Virus record (IMG/VR): IMGVR_UViG_3300044724_003649
Coordinates: 1 to 30,190 of that record
DNA length: 30,190 bases
DNA from: a virus
Lineage: Duplodnaviria; Caudoviricetes
Strand: one strand, 5' to 3'
The notes beneath the pieces were generated by a model. That model was not told the origin of the DNA. It worked only from the letters and a program-made list of their open reading frames with translations, and did not search any database. Positions 1 through 10,114 of this stretch are shown one piece after another. Position 1 is the first letter of the stretch. Each line of letters opens with the position of its first letter. A program made the translations under genes and the position numbers.

Positions 1-27
1 GCATTAAAAGCAAAGTTAGGAAGGTAA
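1..27 (+). CDS. 3' end of a CDS entering the window (..ALKAKLGR*)
   Basis: Frame 1 is open to TAA at 25-27, immediately followed by the next ATG at 29. Confidence 0.5.
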   Translation, partial: ALKAKLGR

Positions 28-28
28 T

Positions 29-172
29 ATGAAAATACATAAGTCATACGAAGGACATATTTCACAACCTAAGAAAACAAGTCAGGCAGGAACCAAAGCA
101 CGTTGCAAGTTTTCATCAATGAACAAATCTAAAAAACGTAGTCACAAGTTTTATAGAGGACAAGGAAAATAA
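29..172 (+). CDS. Small basic phage protein, 47 aa (MKIHKSYEGHISQPKKTSQAG...KRSHKFYRGQGK)
   Basis: Translated by hand, below the ORF-track cutoff. TAATG overlap with the next gene. The PKKTSQ..YRGQG pattern resembles a small conserved protein of T4-like aquatic phages. Confidence 0.8.
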   Translation: MKIHKSYEGHISQPKKTSQAGTKARCKFSSMNKSKKRSHKFYRGQGK

Positions 173-372
173 TGATTAAAAATTTTAAAGACATTGTAGT
201 TTTATTAATCACAACTGGTGTTCTAATTTTATTAGGTACTATTATTATTGGAGATTATATTGTAGCACTAGAAGAAAACAGACCAGTAGATGAAAGTGTA
301 ATAACCTTAATGAAAATGTCAGTTACAGGATTAATAGGAGTTATTGGTGGCTACATTGGTGGGAGTAAATAA
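172..372 (+). CDS. Small membrane protein with two hydrophobic segments
   Basis: Hydrophobic IVVLLITTGVLILLGTIII and MSVTGLIGVIGGYIG; TAATG coupling at both ends. Confidence 0.75.
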   Translation: MIKNFKDIVVLLITTGVLILLGTIIIGDYIVALEENRPVDESVITLMKMSVTGLIGVIGGYIGGSK

Positions 373-560
373 TGGCCGGCGTAAAAGCAAGAGGTATTAT
401 TACCCACCACCTAGCAAGATATCACGATGAAAGAGAAATTAAACCTTGTAGATGGATTGCAGATGGTAAGGGTAAAGGTATAATGGTTGCTCAATATAAA
501 GATACTAGTGATTTAGTTGTTGATGATAAAGGTAATCCAATACCTTGGGGCAGAGCCTAA
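372..560 (+). CDS. Hypothetical protein, 62 aa
   Basis: ATG coupled to the upstream stop; converges on the PAAR gene. Confidence 0.7.
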   Translation: MAGVKARGIITHHLARYHDEREIKPCRWIADGKGKGIMVAQYKDTSDLVVDDKGNPIPWGRA

Positions 561-847
561 CCGCCTGCGAAACAATCTCCGGATCCTTCAGCAACTGAAG
601 TGCAACCTGTAACTGCATCACCTATTCTTCCACAACCTTTACCGTTTATAAACACTGTTGTAGATCCTGTTGTTATAGGTGCTTGGTGACTAGGACAAGG
701 TGCACCCGGTAATAGATGACTATTGTTTACGTCATCTTGTCTTGAAATAGGAATTCCGTTAGCATAAACATCCGGACTATGTGCTTCACGAACTGGTGTA
801 GAACAGTGAGTTACATCTTTGTCGCCTTTTCTAGTTATTGCAGGCAC
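557..847 (-). CDS. PAAR-domain tail spike tip protein (T4 gp5.4-like)
   Basis: MPAITRKGD, VYANGIPISRQDD, GSTTVFINGKGCGRIGD repeats and conserved His/Cys metal ligands; GTG start. Confidence 0.9.
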   Translation of the reverse strand: MPAITRKGDKDVTHCSTPVREAHSPDVYANGIPISRQDDVNNSHLLPGAPCPSHQAPITTGSTTVFINGKGCGRIGDAVTGCTSVAEGSGDCFAGG

Positions 848-1034
848 GTTCTTTCTCCATTAGAGTTTGTAATCTATCATTCCACTTATCCATTTCTTCA
901 TGCTGTTCTTCAGTATGAGGTGGTTCAGGAACTTCCGGAGCAAACTTAATTACATGATCAAACTGTTCTGGAACATCATCCCAGTTATGAACTGTAACTA
1001 ATTTTCCATCTATCCTAAAAACAAACTCGTGCAT
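831..1034 (-). CDS. Hypothetical phage protein upstream of PAAR
   Basis: ORF overlaps the PAAR start; TAAATA lies 5 nt before its ATG. Confidence 0.8.
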   Translation of the reverse strand: MHEFVFRIDGKLVTVHNWDDVPEQFDHVIKFAPEVPEPPHTEEQHEEMDKWNDRLQTLMEKERACNN

Positions 1035-1050
1035 ACGAGTATTTAGCGGA

Positions 1051-1362
1051 TTATTTTACTTGTAGATTTGACGGCGGTGTTGCTAGTCCTGTTGTACGTT
1101 CTATATACAGTTTAGCAAAGTTGTCAACTGTTTTTGTCATTACTGTGATTGCATTTTGCCCAATCTTAAGTGTGCCTTCTGGATCACCTGTAAACAAAAA
1201 TTGTTGTAGTCCTAGACCTTGTTGACTGGCAACAAGTGTTAGTGGTGTTTTTAATTTAATAAAAGTATCTGTTTCTTCGAGTAGTTTGCCTACTAGTTCT
1301 TCGCCTGAAGCAAGTTTAATTGTAACTACATCATTTATTTTATATGGTTGTTCTAATAGCAT
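1051..1362 (-). CDS. Small beta-barrel (Sm-like) phage protein
   Basis: VVTIKLASGEELVGKLLEE..IKLKTP resembles an Sm1-type motif. Confidence 0.6.
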   Translation of the reverse strand: MLLEQPYKINDVVTIKLASGEELVGKLLEETDTFIKLKTPLTLVASQQGLGLQQFLFTGDPEGTLKIGQNAITVMTKTVDNFAKLYIERTTGLATPPSNLQVK

Positions 1363-1613
1363 TATAATGTGTGTCCTGTTCCGTTATAGCCTGTGTCATC
1401 TACGTATTTTGTAAAAGCATCGTAGCCACCAATTTTCTTTCCGTTGATTACAATTTGTGGTACAGTTCTAGCATTAGGAAACTGTTCCATTAATTCTTCT
1501 CTTGTATAGTCTGTGCCTAGTGATTTGTATGTAAAATCAAATCCTTGTGTCTCACAAAGTCTTTTTGCCTTGTCACAGAATGGACACATTGGTTTTCCGT
1601 ATATTTCAATCAT
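1362..1613 (-). CDS. grx: Glutaredoxin
   Basis: CPFC active site, TVPQI and IGGY motifs; directly downstream of nrdB. Confidence 0.95.
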   Translation of the reverse strand: MIEIYGKPMCPFCDKAKRLCETQGFDFTYKSLGTDYTREELMEQFPNARTVPQIVINGKKIGGYDAFTKYVDDTGYNGTGHTL

Positions 1614-2740
1614 AGTTTAAATCCTGCAAATGTGTTTTCTTCAATGTCTTGTTTTACACCACCAACGATATAACTTTCAACTTCAGTTTCTTGTGGAGCA
1701 ACTTGTAATCCTGCACTTGATAACCAATGTTGTGTCCATGGTAGTGGGTTTTGATTTAGTGGGCGATCATAAATTGTTTTTAAGCCTAAGGCTTTTAATC
1801 GCTTGTTAGCAATAAACTCTACATAAGCATGTAGTAGGTTTGCATTAAGTCCGATCATAGAACCGTCCTTAAAGAGGTAATCCGCCCAACGTTTTTCTTC
1901 CTCTACACACTCACGCCATAAGTCGTATACATCTTCTTCACACTCTTTTGCAATCTTAACAAAGTCCGGATCATCATCTCCTTTTGCCCAATGCTTAAGA
2001 ATGTGTGTACTCAAGTTTAAGTGTGTTGCTTCGTCACGAGCAATTAGTGAAATAATCTTAGCAGAACCCTCCATAAGTTTAAGTTCACCAAATGCAAACG
2101 TACAAGCAAATGATACATAGAAACGTAAACCTTCAAGAATGTTTACAGTCATCATTGCTTTGTACAGTGATTTTTTAACATCGTAAATATTGCCTTTTCC
2201 GTGTTGGAAATATTGATTAGCAATTTCATTAAACTCGTCATAGTGTTTAGTTACACTAATTGCACGTTCAATAATTTTTTCGTCATCAAGAATAGTGTCA
2301 AATACTTCGCTTGGATTAGGATAAACGTTTTTAACAATGTGTGTATATGAACGTGAGTGAATAGTTTCAAAGAAATCCCAAGCAATAATACAACCTTCAA
2401 GTTCTGGATTAGAACAGTGTGGTAGGAAACTTAGGCATGGCCCACGACCTTGTACACTATCTAGTAGTGTTTGATACTTTAGGTTTGCAGTAAAAATATG
2501 TTTCTGCTCTGGACGAAACTCTGCATAGTCTCCTCTATCCTTTTGCAGTGATACTTCTTCAGGACGCCAAAAATATCCAAGCATGGTTTGATTTAGTTTA
2601 TCATACTCTGGGTACTTGAATACATCATATCGTTGTGTATTCTGATCTGCTCCAAAGAACATATATTCTTTTGTAAAGTCAACCTTCTCACGATTGAATA
2701 CTGTTTTGCTCATTGCTTTCTTTTGCTCTCTCTTTGTCAT
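1610..2740 (-). CDS. nrdB: Ribonucleotide reductase class Ia beta subunit (alternative start 2713)
   Basis: FWRPEEV, LDSVQGR, ETIHSRSY (radical Tyr), LEGLRFYVSFAC, RDEATH and VAPQETE motifs. Confidence 0.97.
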   Translation of the reverse strand: MTKREQKKAMSKTVFNREKVDFTKEYMFFGADQNTQRYDVFKYPEYDKLNQTMLGYFWRPEEVSLQKDRGDYAEFRPEQKHIFTANLKYQTLLDSVQGRGPCLSFLPHCSNPELEGCIIAWDFFETIHSRSYTHIVKNVYPNPSEVFDTILDDEKIIERAISVTKHYDEFNEIANQYFQHGKGNIYDVKKSLYKAMMTVNILEGLRFYVSFACTFAFGELKLMEGSAKIISLIARDEATHLNLSTHILKHWAKGDDDPDFVKIAKECEEDVYDLWRECVEEEKRWADYLFKDGSMIGLNANLLHAYVEFIANKRLKALGLKTIYDRPLNQNPLPWTQHWLSSAGLQVAPQETEVESYIVGGVKQDIEENTFAGFKL

Positions 2741-2749
2741 ATAATTTTA

Positions 2750-5128
2750 TTATATAGCACAGGCATCACAATGTTCATCGTCTTCAGATATGTGATCACC
2801 AGTTGTGCCGTTTACTCCGTTAGTGCCATTTACATGACCATTTGTTATAGTAGCATCATTTACAGTATTGTCAACCTGTGTTTCTTCCAAACCCTGTGGT
2901 TGTACATTATCTTCAGCACCTTTAAAGTCATAGGTGTTTTGATAGTATGATGTCTTCCAACCTAACTTGTATGTAGTTAGTAAATCTTTCATCATAATAC
3001 TCATAGGAACTTCATTGTTTTCGAAGTGTAAAGGATTATAACTCCAGTTACCACTGATTGCTTGATCAAAGAATTTTTGCATGACAGCCACAATGTTGAT
3101 GTAACCTTCGTTGCTTGGCATATCCCAAAGTAGAGTATAAAAATTCTTTAATCTGTTATACTCTGGAACAACCTGCTTAAGAGGCCCTTTCTTTGATTTC
3201 TTAACGGACAAGTATCCTCTAGGAGGTTCAATTCCATTTGTTGCGTTCGACACAACGGAACTGCTCTCCGATGGCATCTGTGCGGACAATGTTGAGTGTC
3301 GTAGTCCGTGAGTTTTGATGTTAGATCTAAGATTTTCCCAATCACAATTATATTTTTTAACTGCAACTACTTCATCAACATCTTTTTTGTACGTGTCAAT
3401 AGGAAGTAATCCGTCAGCGTATTTTGTACGATGGAAGTAATCACATGGTCCTTTCTCTTTTGCAATCTGATTCGATGACTTCAATAAGAAATACTGGAAT
3501 GCTTCTGTTAAATTGTGTACAAGTTTCCATGCTTCTTTATCGCCATACTTTACCTTGTTCTTTGCAAGGTAGTGTGCAAGACCAATATAACCAATACCTA
3601 ATGAACGTCGAGACTTTGTGCTGATCTCAGCCGCCTTAACAGGATATCCTTGATATTCAATAATTTCCTCTAAAGCACGAACAGCAAGATCACATAAAGG
3701 TTCAAGTTCTTCTAAGTGATTGATCAAACCAACGTTGATCGCACTAAGAATACAAAGTGCAATTTCGCCATTTTCATCATCAACGTGTTGTACAGGTTTA
3801 GTTGGTAATGTAATCTCCTGACACAAATTACTCATATACACAGTATCCTTAAAGGAAGAGTGTGTATTACAGTGATCCACGTTCATAATATAGATACGTC
3901 CTGTTTCTGCTCTCTCTTTGAGTAACGAAGAAAATAGATCCATTGCTTTCAATGTTTTCTTACGGACGGAAGTTTTGCGTTCATACTTTTCATATAGTTC
4001 TGCAAACTTGTCCTGATCTGAATAAAATGCTTCATACAAATCTGGTACGTCGTGTGGCGAGAAAAGAGTTATATTTCCGTTAGCCAATAACCTTTCGTAC
4101 ATCAATTTATTCAACTGAATTGAATAGTCTAATTTACGTACACGGTTGTCTTCAGTACCTTTGTTATTTTTTAGCACTAGAATGTCTTCAATTTCTAAAT
4201 GCCATAATGGGAAGTGTGTGGTTGCACTGCCGCCACGCACACCATTTTGTGTACAACTTCTTACGGTTGCTTCATAAACTTTTAGGAAAGGAACAACACC
4301 TGTATGTGCTACTTCTCCGCCTCTAATTTTTGAATTGAGTGCTCTGATTCTTCCTGAGTTGATTCCGATTCCTGCCCTTTGAGCAATGTAGTAACCGATT
4401 GCACTGTTAGAACTAAAAATAGAATTAAGAGTATCGTCCACATCAACAAGAACACAAGAGGCAAACTGACGAATAGGAGTACGCACTCCAGCCATGACAG
4501 GTGTTGGAATGTTGATCTTAAAAAGTGAGGTCGCGTCATAATATTTTTTCACGTAGGTTAAACGTGTCTCCTTAGGATAATCAGCGAACAATGTTGCCGC
4601 GATCATCATATACATAAACTGCGGTGTTTCATAAATTTCACCACTGCTTCTGTCTTGACACAAATACTTATCAACTACTTGACGTAGACCTGCATAGGTG
4701 AAATCCTCATTACGCTCATGCTTAATCCATGTATTCATTTTCTTTAGTTCTGTAGCAGTGTATTTTTCTTTAATGGCAGGATCATATACACCACGTTCGA
4801 TATTTTTATCGATTACAGTAACTAAACTTTTATGCTCATAACGACCATAAACTTTTTTATGTAGATCATATAGCAACAAACGTGCCGCCGCATATTGATA
4901 GTTTGGATTTTCTAACGAAATCAAATCGTTAGCACTTCTAATTAATACATTCTGAATGTCTTCGGTTGTCATACCGTCAACAAACTGTAGGTCGGCGTTC
5001 ATTTCAATCTGCGATGCACTTACACCTGATAGATCCTTACACGCCTCTTCTACTACAAAGTGAATCTTGTCAAGATTTAATTTCTCTTTCTTGCCGTTTC
5101 TCTTTGCGATAAAAATAGGTTTGTTCAT
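2750..5128 (-). CDS. nrdA: Ribonucleotide reductase class Ia alpha subunit with N-terminal ATP cone
   Basis: KRNG ATP cone, PTPVMAG, QFASC, SNLCQEI, MPSESSS, KTSYY, C-terminal CDAC. Start placed at ATG 5128, after AGGAG. Confidence 0.97.
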   Translation of the reverse strand: MNKPIFIAKRNGKKEKLNLDKIHFVVEEACKDLSGVSASQIEMNADLQFVDGMTTEDIQNVLIRSANDLISLENPNYQYAAARLLLYDLHKKVYGRYEHKSLVTVIDKNIERGVYDPAIKEKYTATELKKMNTWIKHERNEDFTYAGLRQVVDKYLCQDRSSGEIYETPQFMYMMIAATLFADYPKETRLTYVKKYYDATSLFKINIPTPVMAGVRTPIRQFASCVLVDVDDTLNSIFSSNSAIGYYIAQRAGIGINSGRIRALNSKIRGGEVAHTGVVPFLKVYEATVRSCTQNGVRGGSATTHFPLWHLEIEDILVLKNNKGTEDNRVRKLDYSIQLNKLMYERLLANGNITLFSPHDVPDLYEAFYSDQDKFAELYEKYERKTSVRKKTLKAMDLFSSLLKERAETGRIYIMNVDHCNTHSSFKDTVYMSNLCQEITLPTKPVQHVDDENGEIALCILSAINVGLINHLEELEPLCDLAVRALEEIIEYQGYPVKAAEISTKSRRSLGIGYIGLAHYLAKNKVKYGDKEAWKLVHNLTEAFQYFLLKSSNQIAKEKGPCDYFHRTKYADGLLPIDTYKKDVDEVVAVKKYNCDWENLRSNIKTHGLRHSTLSAQMPSESSSVVSNATNGIEPPRGYLSVKKSKKGPLKQVVPEYNRLKNFYTLLWDMPSNEGYINIVAVMQKFFDQAISGNWSYNPLHFENNEVPMSIMMKDLLTTYKLGWKTSYYQNTYDFKGAEDNVQPQGLEETQVDNTVNDATITNGHVNGTNGVNGTTGDHISEDDEHCDACAI

Positions 5129-5181
5129 TTTGTCTCCTGCCAAATAATCTTTTCTTTTGTGTGTTCTACTATTTACAATTA

Positions 5182-5598
5182 CTATGAAAGATCAGTTGAA
5201 TACTGGCAATGCATAGTAGACTGTAGGTTGTGTTCTTTCATTACACTTGGTTTGTAATTTAAAACATTATCATCAACCATACAAACATTATAGTATCTTT
5301 GTTCGCTATGGTCTATAAATGTTTTTATCAAAACGAGCGATGTGGATAACTTAGTACTTAACTTGGCCGTCCAACCCATCATAAGGGGTATTGCTACGGG
5401 ACAAAACCGGTTTTCTTCTAATAGTTCCCAAGGCGTAGGCCACCGTTGAGAATTCCACGGATCTAAGTTTCGATCAATTACCGGCGCAGTTTTCCACAAG
5501 TCAACAATATCCTGCAAAGGATTTTTAGAATGTGTTAAACTTTCTCTAAATTCGCGCCAAAGAGTAATGCGTTCGTCGGTATCGGTTTCTAAAAACAT
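5182..5598 (-). CDS. Hypothetical phage protein, 138 aa
   Basis: Coupled by TAATG to the upstream tail-type gene; WPTPWELL motif. Confidence 0.75.
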   Translation of the reverse strand: MFLETDTDERITLWREFRESLTHSKNPLQDIVDLWKTAPVIDRNLDPWNSQRWPTPWELLEENRFCPVAIPLMMGWTAKLSTKLSTSLVLIKTFIDHSEQRYYNVCMVDDNVLNYKPSVMKEHNLQSTMHCQYSTDLS

Positions 5599-7253
5599 TA
5601 TGCAAAGTAACTAAATGCGTATGTTAATGTTCCTGCTCCGTTGCCGATTAAGTTTTTAAATTGAACCTTAACAGTTTCACTTCCTGTGGTACTATCAAGA
5701 TCATCAAGTATTGCACCAAACTCTACACCACCGTCCGAACTTCCTGTATGACTGTATGAGTCTGTAACATTAATGTTGGAATTATCTTGAACTGTGATTG
5801 TAAGTCTACCTGCTCTTGTAGTTGCACTACCTGTAGTCTTAATTAGTTTATAGTCCATGTAAGCAATCTTTTTATCTGTAAATGGTAATTTAGTAAATGT
5901 TTTAAATGCATCTGACTCAGATAGTTCGTAAGTGTTTACTCTACCTTTAGTATAATGATAACCTTCAATGTTTGGCTTATACGGAATTTCTTCATTTGCA
6001 GTAAGATTAATTATTGAATCTCTTTCAAATGTATCACCAATCGATTCACAAAGTGTTTCATTAAAAAGAATAACACCTGTTTGAGGATTATCTTGGCCGT
6101 TCATATTGTTACCAACATCAAGAAATACATTACCTGTAGAAATGTGTCCAACTGGATTCATTGTGCTTACTGGTTTGTGAACAGCAATACCGTGATCATT
6201 AATTCTATCAAATTTATTATTTCTAATAATAAAATTTTGCGGTCCTAAAGCCTGTGCACCTGATCCTGAACTAGTTCTGCCTAGGTCAATACCAACATGT
6301 AAAAAGTCTAAAATACTGTCTGCAATAGTAACAGTTCTTGTATCATGAATACTGTGAATACCGATACTTAAATCTCTAAAGGTACAATTAGTAATGTGTA
6401 AGTTTTCTGTTGTTGTTGCACCTAGTCCTCTTAGATCAATACCTATCTGCGAAGCATCTAGTTGTTCGTCTTTTGTCCATCTACCTTGGAATAAACAATC
6501 ACTAATGGTACTATCTGTTGTGTTATCTATTCTTACTAACGGTGCATGTGGTGTAACATTTTCTGCAACAGTTAATGTAATACCTTGAATAGTAATATTT
6601 CTTGGTCTTGTACCGTTTTGAATATTTTGAAATGTAATATAATTGCCAGGTGTACTTGTGCCGTCAATAGTTTCGATCATGCTTTTTGCTGTGTGAGCAC
6701 CTTCAGCAGGATCTAAATTCAATTCAATAATAGTTTTATTTTTACCATCACCAATTATATTAGCAAAAGGTGGAATGTAAATTGTATTTGTTACTTTGTA
6801 TTTTCCTGCATCAATTTTTAATGCAATTCTGCTTCTTGCATCAGATTTATCAGAACTGTTAATAAACAGTTCATCAATAGCACGTTGGATTGCACTAGTA
6901 TCATCTGTAATGCCATCGCCTTTAGCACCAAAACTTCTAATGCTAACAATGTCATCTAATCTTTGTTGTAGTGTTCTTGTTACAGGACTGTTTACAAACT
7001 CGCCTGTTTGTTTTACTGCTTCAGTCGTACCTTTATATGAATACTGCTCGAGCAAATCAAAGATGTTACTTTTAGATGTAAGTATCTCTGTGTTGCCTAC
7101 TGCTGGTGCACCTTCATTTACTGCACCATTACCTATATATAATTTTTGTGTATCGATTGCCCAACCTAGTTCGGCGCTGGCTAACTGAGGGATTCCGTTC
7201 TGGCCCTCTTTACCTCTACGATGCTGAATTTTTGATATTTGTACAACTGCCAT
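5598..7253 (-). CDS. Virion tail/baseplate-associated protein with pectate-lyase-like beta-helix
   Basis: N-terminal KIQHRRG..LASAELGWAIDTQKLYIGNG anchor motif; VSIRSFGAKGDGITDDTSAIQRAI beta-helix cap; repeated I.NC.F-type strands. Confidence 0.8.
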   Translation of the reverse strand: MAVVQISKIQHRRGKEGQNGIPQLASAELGWAIDTQKLYIGNGAVNEGAPAVGNTEILTSKSNIFDLLEQYSYKGTTEAVKQTGEFVNSPVTRTLQQRLDDIVSIRSFGAKGDGITDDTSAIQRAIDELFINSSDKSDARSRIALKIDAGKYKVTNTIYIPPFANIIGDGKNKTIIELNLDPAEGAHTAKSMIETIDGTSTPGNYITFQNIQNGTRPRNITIQGITLTVAENVTPHAPLVRIDNTTDSTISDCLFQGRWTKDEQLDASQIGIDLRGLGATTTENLHITNCTFRDLSIGIHSIHDTRTVTIADSILDFLHVGIDLGRTSSGSGAQALGPQNFIIRNNKFDRINDHGIAVHKPVSTMNPVGHISTGNVFLDVGNNMNGQDNPQTGVILFNETLCESIGDTFERDSIINLTANEEIPYKPNIEGYHYTKGRVNTYELSESDAFKTFTKLPFTDKKIAYMDYKLIKTTGSATTRAGRLTITVQDNSNINVTDSYSHTGSSDGGVEFGAILDDLDSTTGSETVKVQFKNLIGNGAGTLTYAFSYFA

Positions 7254-7273
7254 AATTTATTTTCCTTACTACA

Positions 7274-7969
7274 CTATTTATGATAATTGACGTAGTAGTC
7301 CTCGACACGTTTTAACCACTCGTTGCACCAATGCTCAAATTCACTAGGTTCAAGGTCAAACTGTTGATATTGTAATTCTCGTGAACACATAAACACATGA
7401 CCTTCGTTAATATTAGTGCCGTAAACAGCATTATGAGCCATTGCATAAGCCGCCATCTGCAGATAGTAATCTTCAACCCATTCTTTTTTCTTGGGTTTAT
7501 TAGTTTGTTTAAAGTCCATAATAGCAGGCTTGCCTTTGTATACACCTACTAAGTCTGTTGTGCCTGAATAAAGTTCAGGATAATATAATGCTTGTTCAAT
7601 ACCCCATATTTCATCTACATCAGTTAATGCACTTTCGATGATTACATCTGCCATCTTGTTTGCTTGTACATGAACTAGATTATTTCCAGGTTTGCGTTGT
7701 TCGCCTATAAGGAAACGTTCAAGGTTGTTGTGCATTGCTGTACCAACACCTGCGGCCTCAGTAGTAATTCGTTGTGCTTCTTGTTCACCTACACGCTTTT
7801 TCCATGCGTTTAAATGCGTCATATCCTTTGTTTTACTTAGGATAGTTGTAACGCTTGGTGTTTTAGTACCATCAGGTGCTTCGTAAAGTCTTTTGCCTTC
7901 TAAATTGATTTGCTTAACTTTATGGTATTCAAATTTTTCCACATACGGTGGCGGGGTTAGTTCATTCAT
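7274..7969 (-). CDS. PD-(D/E)xK exonuclease (Cas4/MGME1-like)
   Basis: PSVTTIL, GTAMH, E..LY, GTTDL, IMDFKQ and QMAAY motifs. Confidence 0.88.
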   Translation of the reverse strand: MNELTPPPYVEKFEYHKVKQINLEGKRLYEAPDGTKTPSVTTILSKTKDMTHLNAWKKRVGEQEAQRITTEAAGVGTAMHNNLERFLIGEQRKPGNNLVHVQANKMADVIIESALTDVDEIWGIEQALYYPELYSGTTDLVGVYKGKPAIMDFKQTNKPKKKEWVEDYYLQMAAYAMAHNAVYGTNINEGHVFMCSRELQYQQFDLEPSEFEHWCNEWLKRVEDYYVNYHK

Positions 7970-7997
7970 TTTTATACTATCTCTTATTTTAAAATTA

Positions 7998-8027
7998 ATT
8001 ATACACTAAAAGGTATTAGGAAGTCAA
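7998..8027 (-). promoter_or_regulatory. Sigma70-like promoter for the exonuclease gene
   Basis: TTGACT-N18-TATAAT on the minus strand. Confidence 0.6.
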
Positions 8028-8028
8028 G

Positions 8029-8370
8029 TTATGAGCGACGTTTTGTTGCTCGTTTTGCCATAGTGTCTACTGCCTTATCTGGCGCAATGTCTTTACCAGC
8101 ATCAGCCTTCGGAGCCTCTGTATTAGTGTTTAATACTACTCCGTCTTTATTGAAGTTATTCACAATTTGTTTTAGTGCAGGATTAGTATCATATGCTGTT
8201 TTAAAGTCATCATAGTTATACATACCATGACCCATATCAGCCATTAGATTATTAATTGCTGTCCACGATAGCATAGCATAAGAATCAGATGAATCTGCTC
8301 TTTTAATTTGATTTCTGAGAAGAAGAATCAAATCACTTACAGCATCGTTTGAAAATTCAAACAGCCTCAT
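8029..8370 (-). CDS. Hypothetical protein, probable head-associated
   Basis: AGGAG RBS; MRLFEF N-terminus shared in style with neighbouring genes. Confidence 0.75.
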   Translation of the reverse strand: MRLFEFSNDAVSDLILLLRNQIKRADSSDSYAMLSWTAINNLMADMGHGMYNYDDFKTAYDTNPALKQIVNNFNKDGVVLNTNTEAPKADAGKDIAPDKAVDTMAKRATKRRS

Positions 8371-8379
8371 TTCAATCTC

Positions 8380-9567
8380 CTACTTGCTTAGAGTTGAAAA
8401 AATTCTAGAGGATTCTGCGATTGATTTTTTCTTAGGTGTATAACTTTCACGCTTTTCTCTGCCTTCAGGTTCTGTTCCACCTGTTGCGGCATCACTTGCA
8501 CCAAACTCATCGTCTGCTGGCATATCCATTGCATCGTCACCTTCTGGATCAATTGGATCAGTTGCCATTGCATCATCTGCAGGTGCTTCTGGTTCAGCAC
8601 CAATAGTATCATCTGCAGGTGCTTCACCTGTAATAATACCAACACCCTTGTTTAATGTTTCACGTGAAGTTTTTAGTGTTTCAATTGTTGATTCAAGTGC
8701 AGGACCAACTGTGTCAACAAACTGTTGTGCTTGTTCAACACCCATCTCATCTCTAATTTGGTCTTGAATTTGTAACATACCTTCAGCACTCATTTCAGCA
8801 ACGTCTTCTAAGAAAGCAGTAAACTTATCTACCATATCTTTTGAAGCCATTACCAATGCCGCTTTGTCTTCTGCACCTTCGCGTAGCACTGATTCTTGCA
8901 TAGACTCTTCAGCACCTAGTGTTTTTAGTATTGGTTTAGTTCTTGTTACACCTTGCATTCCTTTATCAAGAATAGGTATAAAGAACTTTTCTAATGGACC
9001 TCTGATTGCATCTAACTCTTGTGGAGTAATAGTTTGCAATGTTTCGTGGTCAGTAATTTTTTGAACTGCTCTACGTGCCAACCCCATTTTGCTTGGATCG
9101 TCCATCATAGATCTTAGAGCCGCCATAGCCATTGCAGAAACCTGTTTAGGACTGTGTGCTTTATCATCGTCTGCTTCTGGCTCATCTTTTGGTTCTTCTT
9201 CGCCGTCTGCATCTACATCGTCTTTGTCATCTTCTGCAAAGTCTTGTGCAACAGCAGGATCATTCATGTCAACATCTTCGATTTCAATATCTAAATCATC
9301 TTCTAGGGGATCTTCGATGTATTGATTTAGAGCAGTTTCTACAATCTTGTGAATTAATTTGTTTTTGTGATAACTTTCATTTACTAAACTTTCGTTGAAC
9401 TTGTTGCTAGTTTCAAACTTGTGTAGTTTAGCCTCAATTTTTTTGCTGTAAGACTCTAGTTGAGCCTTGCTATATTTTTCGATGTCTACTGTAATACCGT
9501 GGTCTTTGCGTAATTGCTTATTCAACCCTTCTACAGTGACCTCATTCATAAAATCAGATGTTTTCAT
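8380..9567 (-). CDS. Acidic protein, probable prohead core/scaffold or internal protein
   Basis: Two D/E-rich low-complexity tracts; several hydrophobic-x-E sites (FMNE, LVNE, VLRE, SIAE). Confidence 0.65.
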   Translation of the reverse strand: MKTSDFMNEVTVEGLNKQLRKDHGITVDIEKYSKAQLESYSKKIEAKLHKFETSNKFNESLVNESYHKNKLIHKIVETALNQYIEDPLEDDLDIEIEDVDMNDPAVAQDFAEDDKDDVDADGEEEPKDEPEADDDKAHSPKQVSAMAMAALRSMMDDPSKMGLARRAVQKITDHETLQTITPQELDAIRGPLEKFFIPILDKGMQGVTRTKPILKTLGAEESMQESVLREGAEDKAALVMASKDMVDKFTAFLEDVAEMSAEGMLQIQDQIRDEMGVEQAQQFVDTVGPALESTIETLKTSRETLNKGVGIITGEAPADDTIGAEPEAPADDAMATDPIDPEGDDAMDMPADDEFGASDAATGGTEPEGREKRESYTPKKKSIAESSRIFSTLSK

Positions 9568-9587
9568 TTGTTAATCCCCTATATGCT

Positions 9588-10079
9588 TTATTTATTGTCA
9601 AACAGTAATTTTTCTGCATCATCTAGAATAGTATTTACCTCTTGCTTGATAGGTTTTAACGCATCATAATGATAGTCTATCCTGCTTAACACTATTTCAG
9701 AACGCACATTGTCGCCTGCTTCTAATGCTTTATTGCTTGTATGTTTATATATCCTAATATTTTGCAGATGATGACAATAGCGATTATCAACACCTAGTAT
9801 TTGGTCTATATTGCGTATTTCTTGTTTTTTGCCCAGGTTAATTGCTATGGCCATTGCGATCTTATGCACACAAATACTGCTGTAATACACTATTTTTGGG
9901 TTGTGTAGGTTGGTGATATCATAAAATCCGCCACCGTTTTTCTTTACAAATACATGTAAAAACTTGATCCCACCGTTATGGGCAACAGGCAACACAAAGC
10001 CTTTGGCCTTAAGATCACTTTGTACAGATCTAAAGGTGGCTTGAAAATTGTCGACTAGTTTTTTGACGTCAGGTTTCAT
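9588..10079 (-). CDS. Hypothetical protein, 163 aa
   Basis: Full ORF with a promoter immediately upstream. Confidence 0.75.
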   Translation of the reverse strand: MKPDVKKLVDNFQATFRSVQSDLKAKGFVLPVAHNGGIKFLHVFVKKNGGGFYDITNLHNPKIVYYSSICVHKIAMAIAINLGKKQEIRNIDQILGVDNRYCHHLQNIRIYKHTSNKALEAGDNVRSEIVLSRIDYHYDALKPIKQEVNTILDDAEKLLFDNK

Positions 10080-10085
10080 TCAGTT

Positions 10086-10114
10086 ATTATAACAAATTAT
10101 TTGCTATTGAGCAA
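10086..10114 (-). promoter_or_regulatory. Sigma70-like promoter, probably giving a leaderless mRNA
   Basis: TTGCTC-N17-TATAAT with extended TG; -10 ends 6 nt before ATG 10079; no SD. Confidence 0.55.

Noticed and set aside
1610-5143. Intron or intein in nrdA/nrdB
   Set aside because: Both frames are continuous and of normal class Ia length.
7274-7969. CRISPR-associated Cas4 or a CRISPR array
   Set aside because: No Fe-S Cys motif, no other cas genes and no repeat-spacer array seen in the window.
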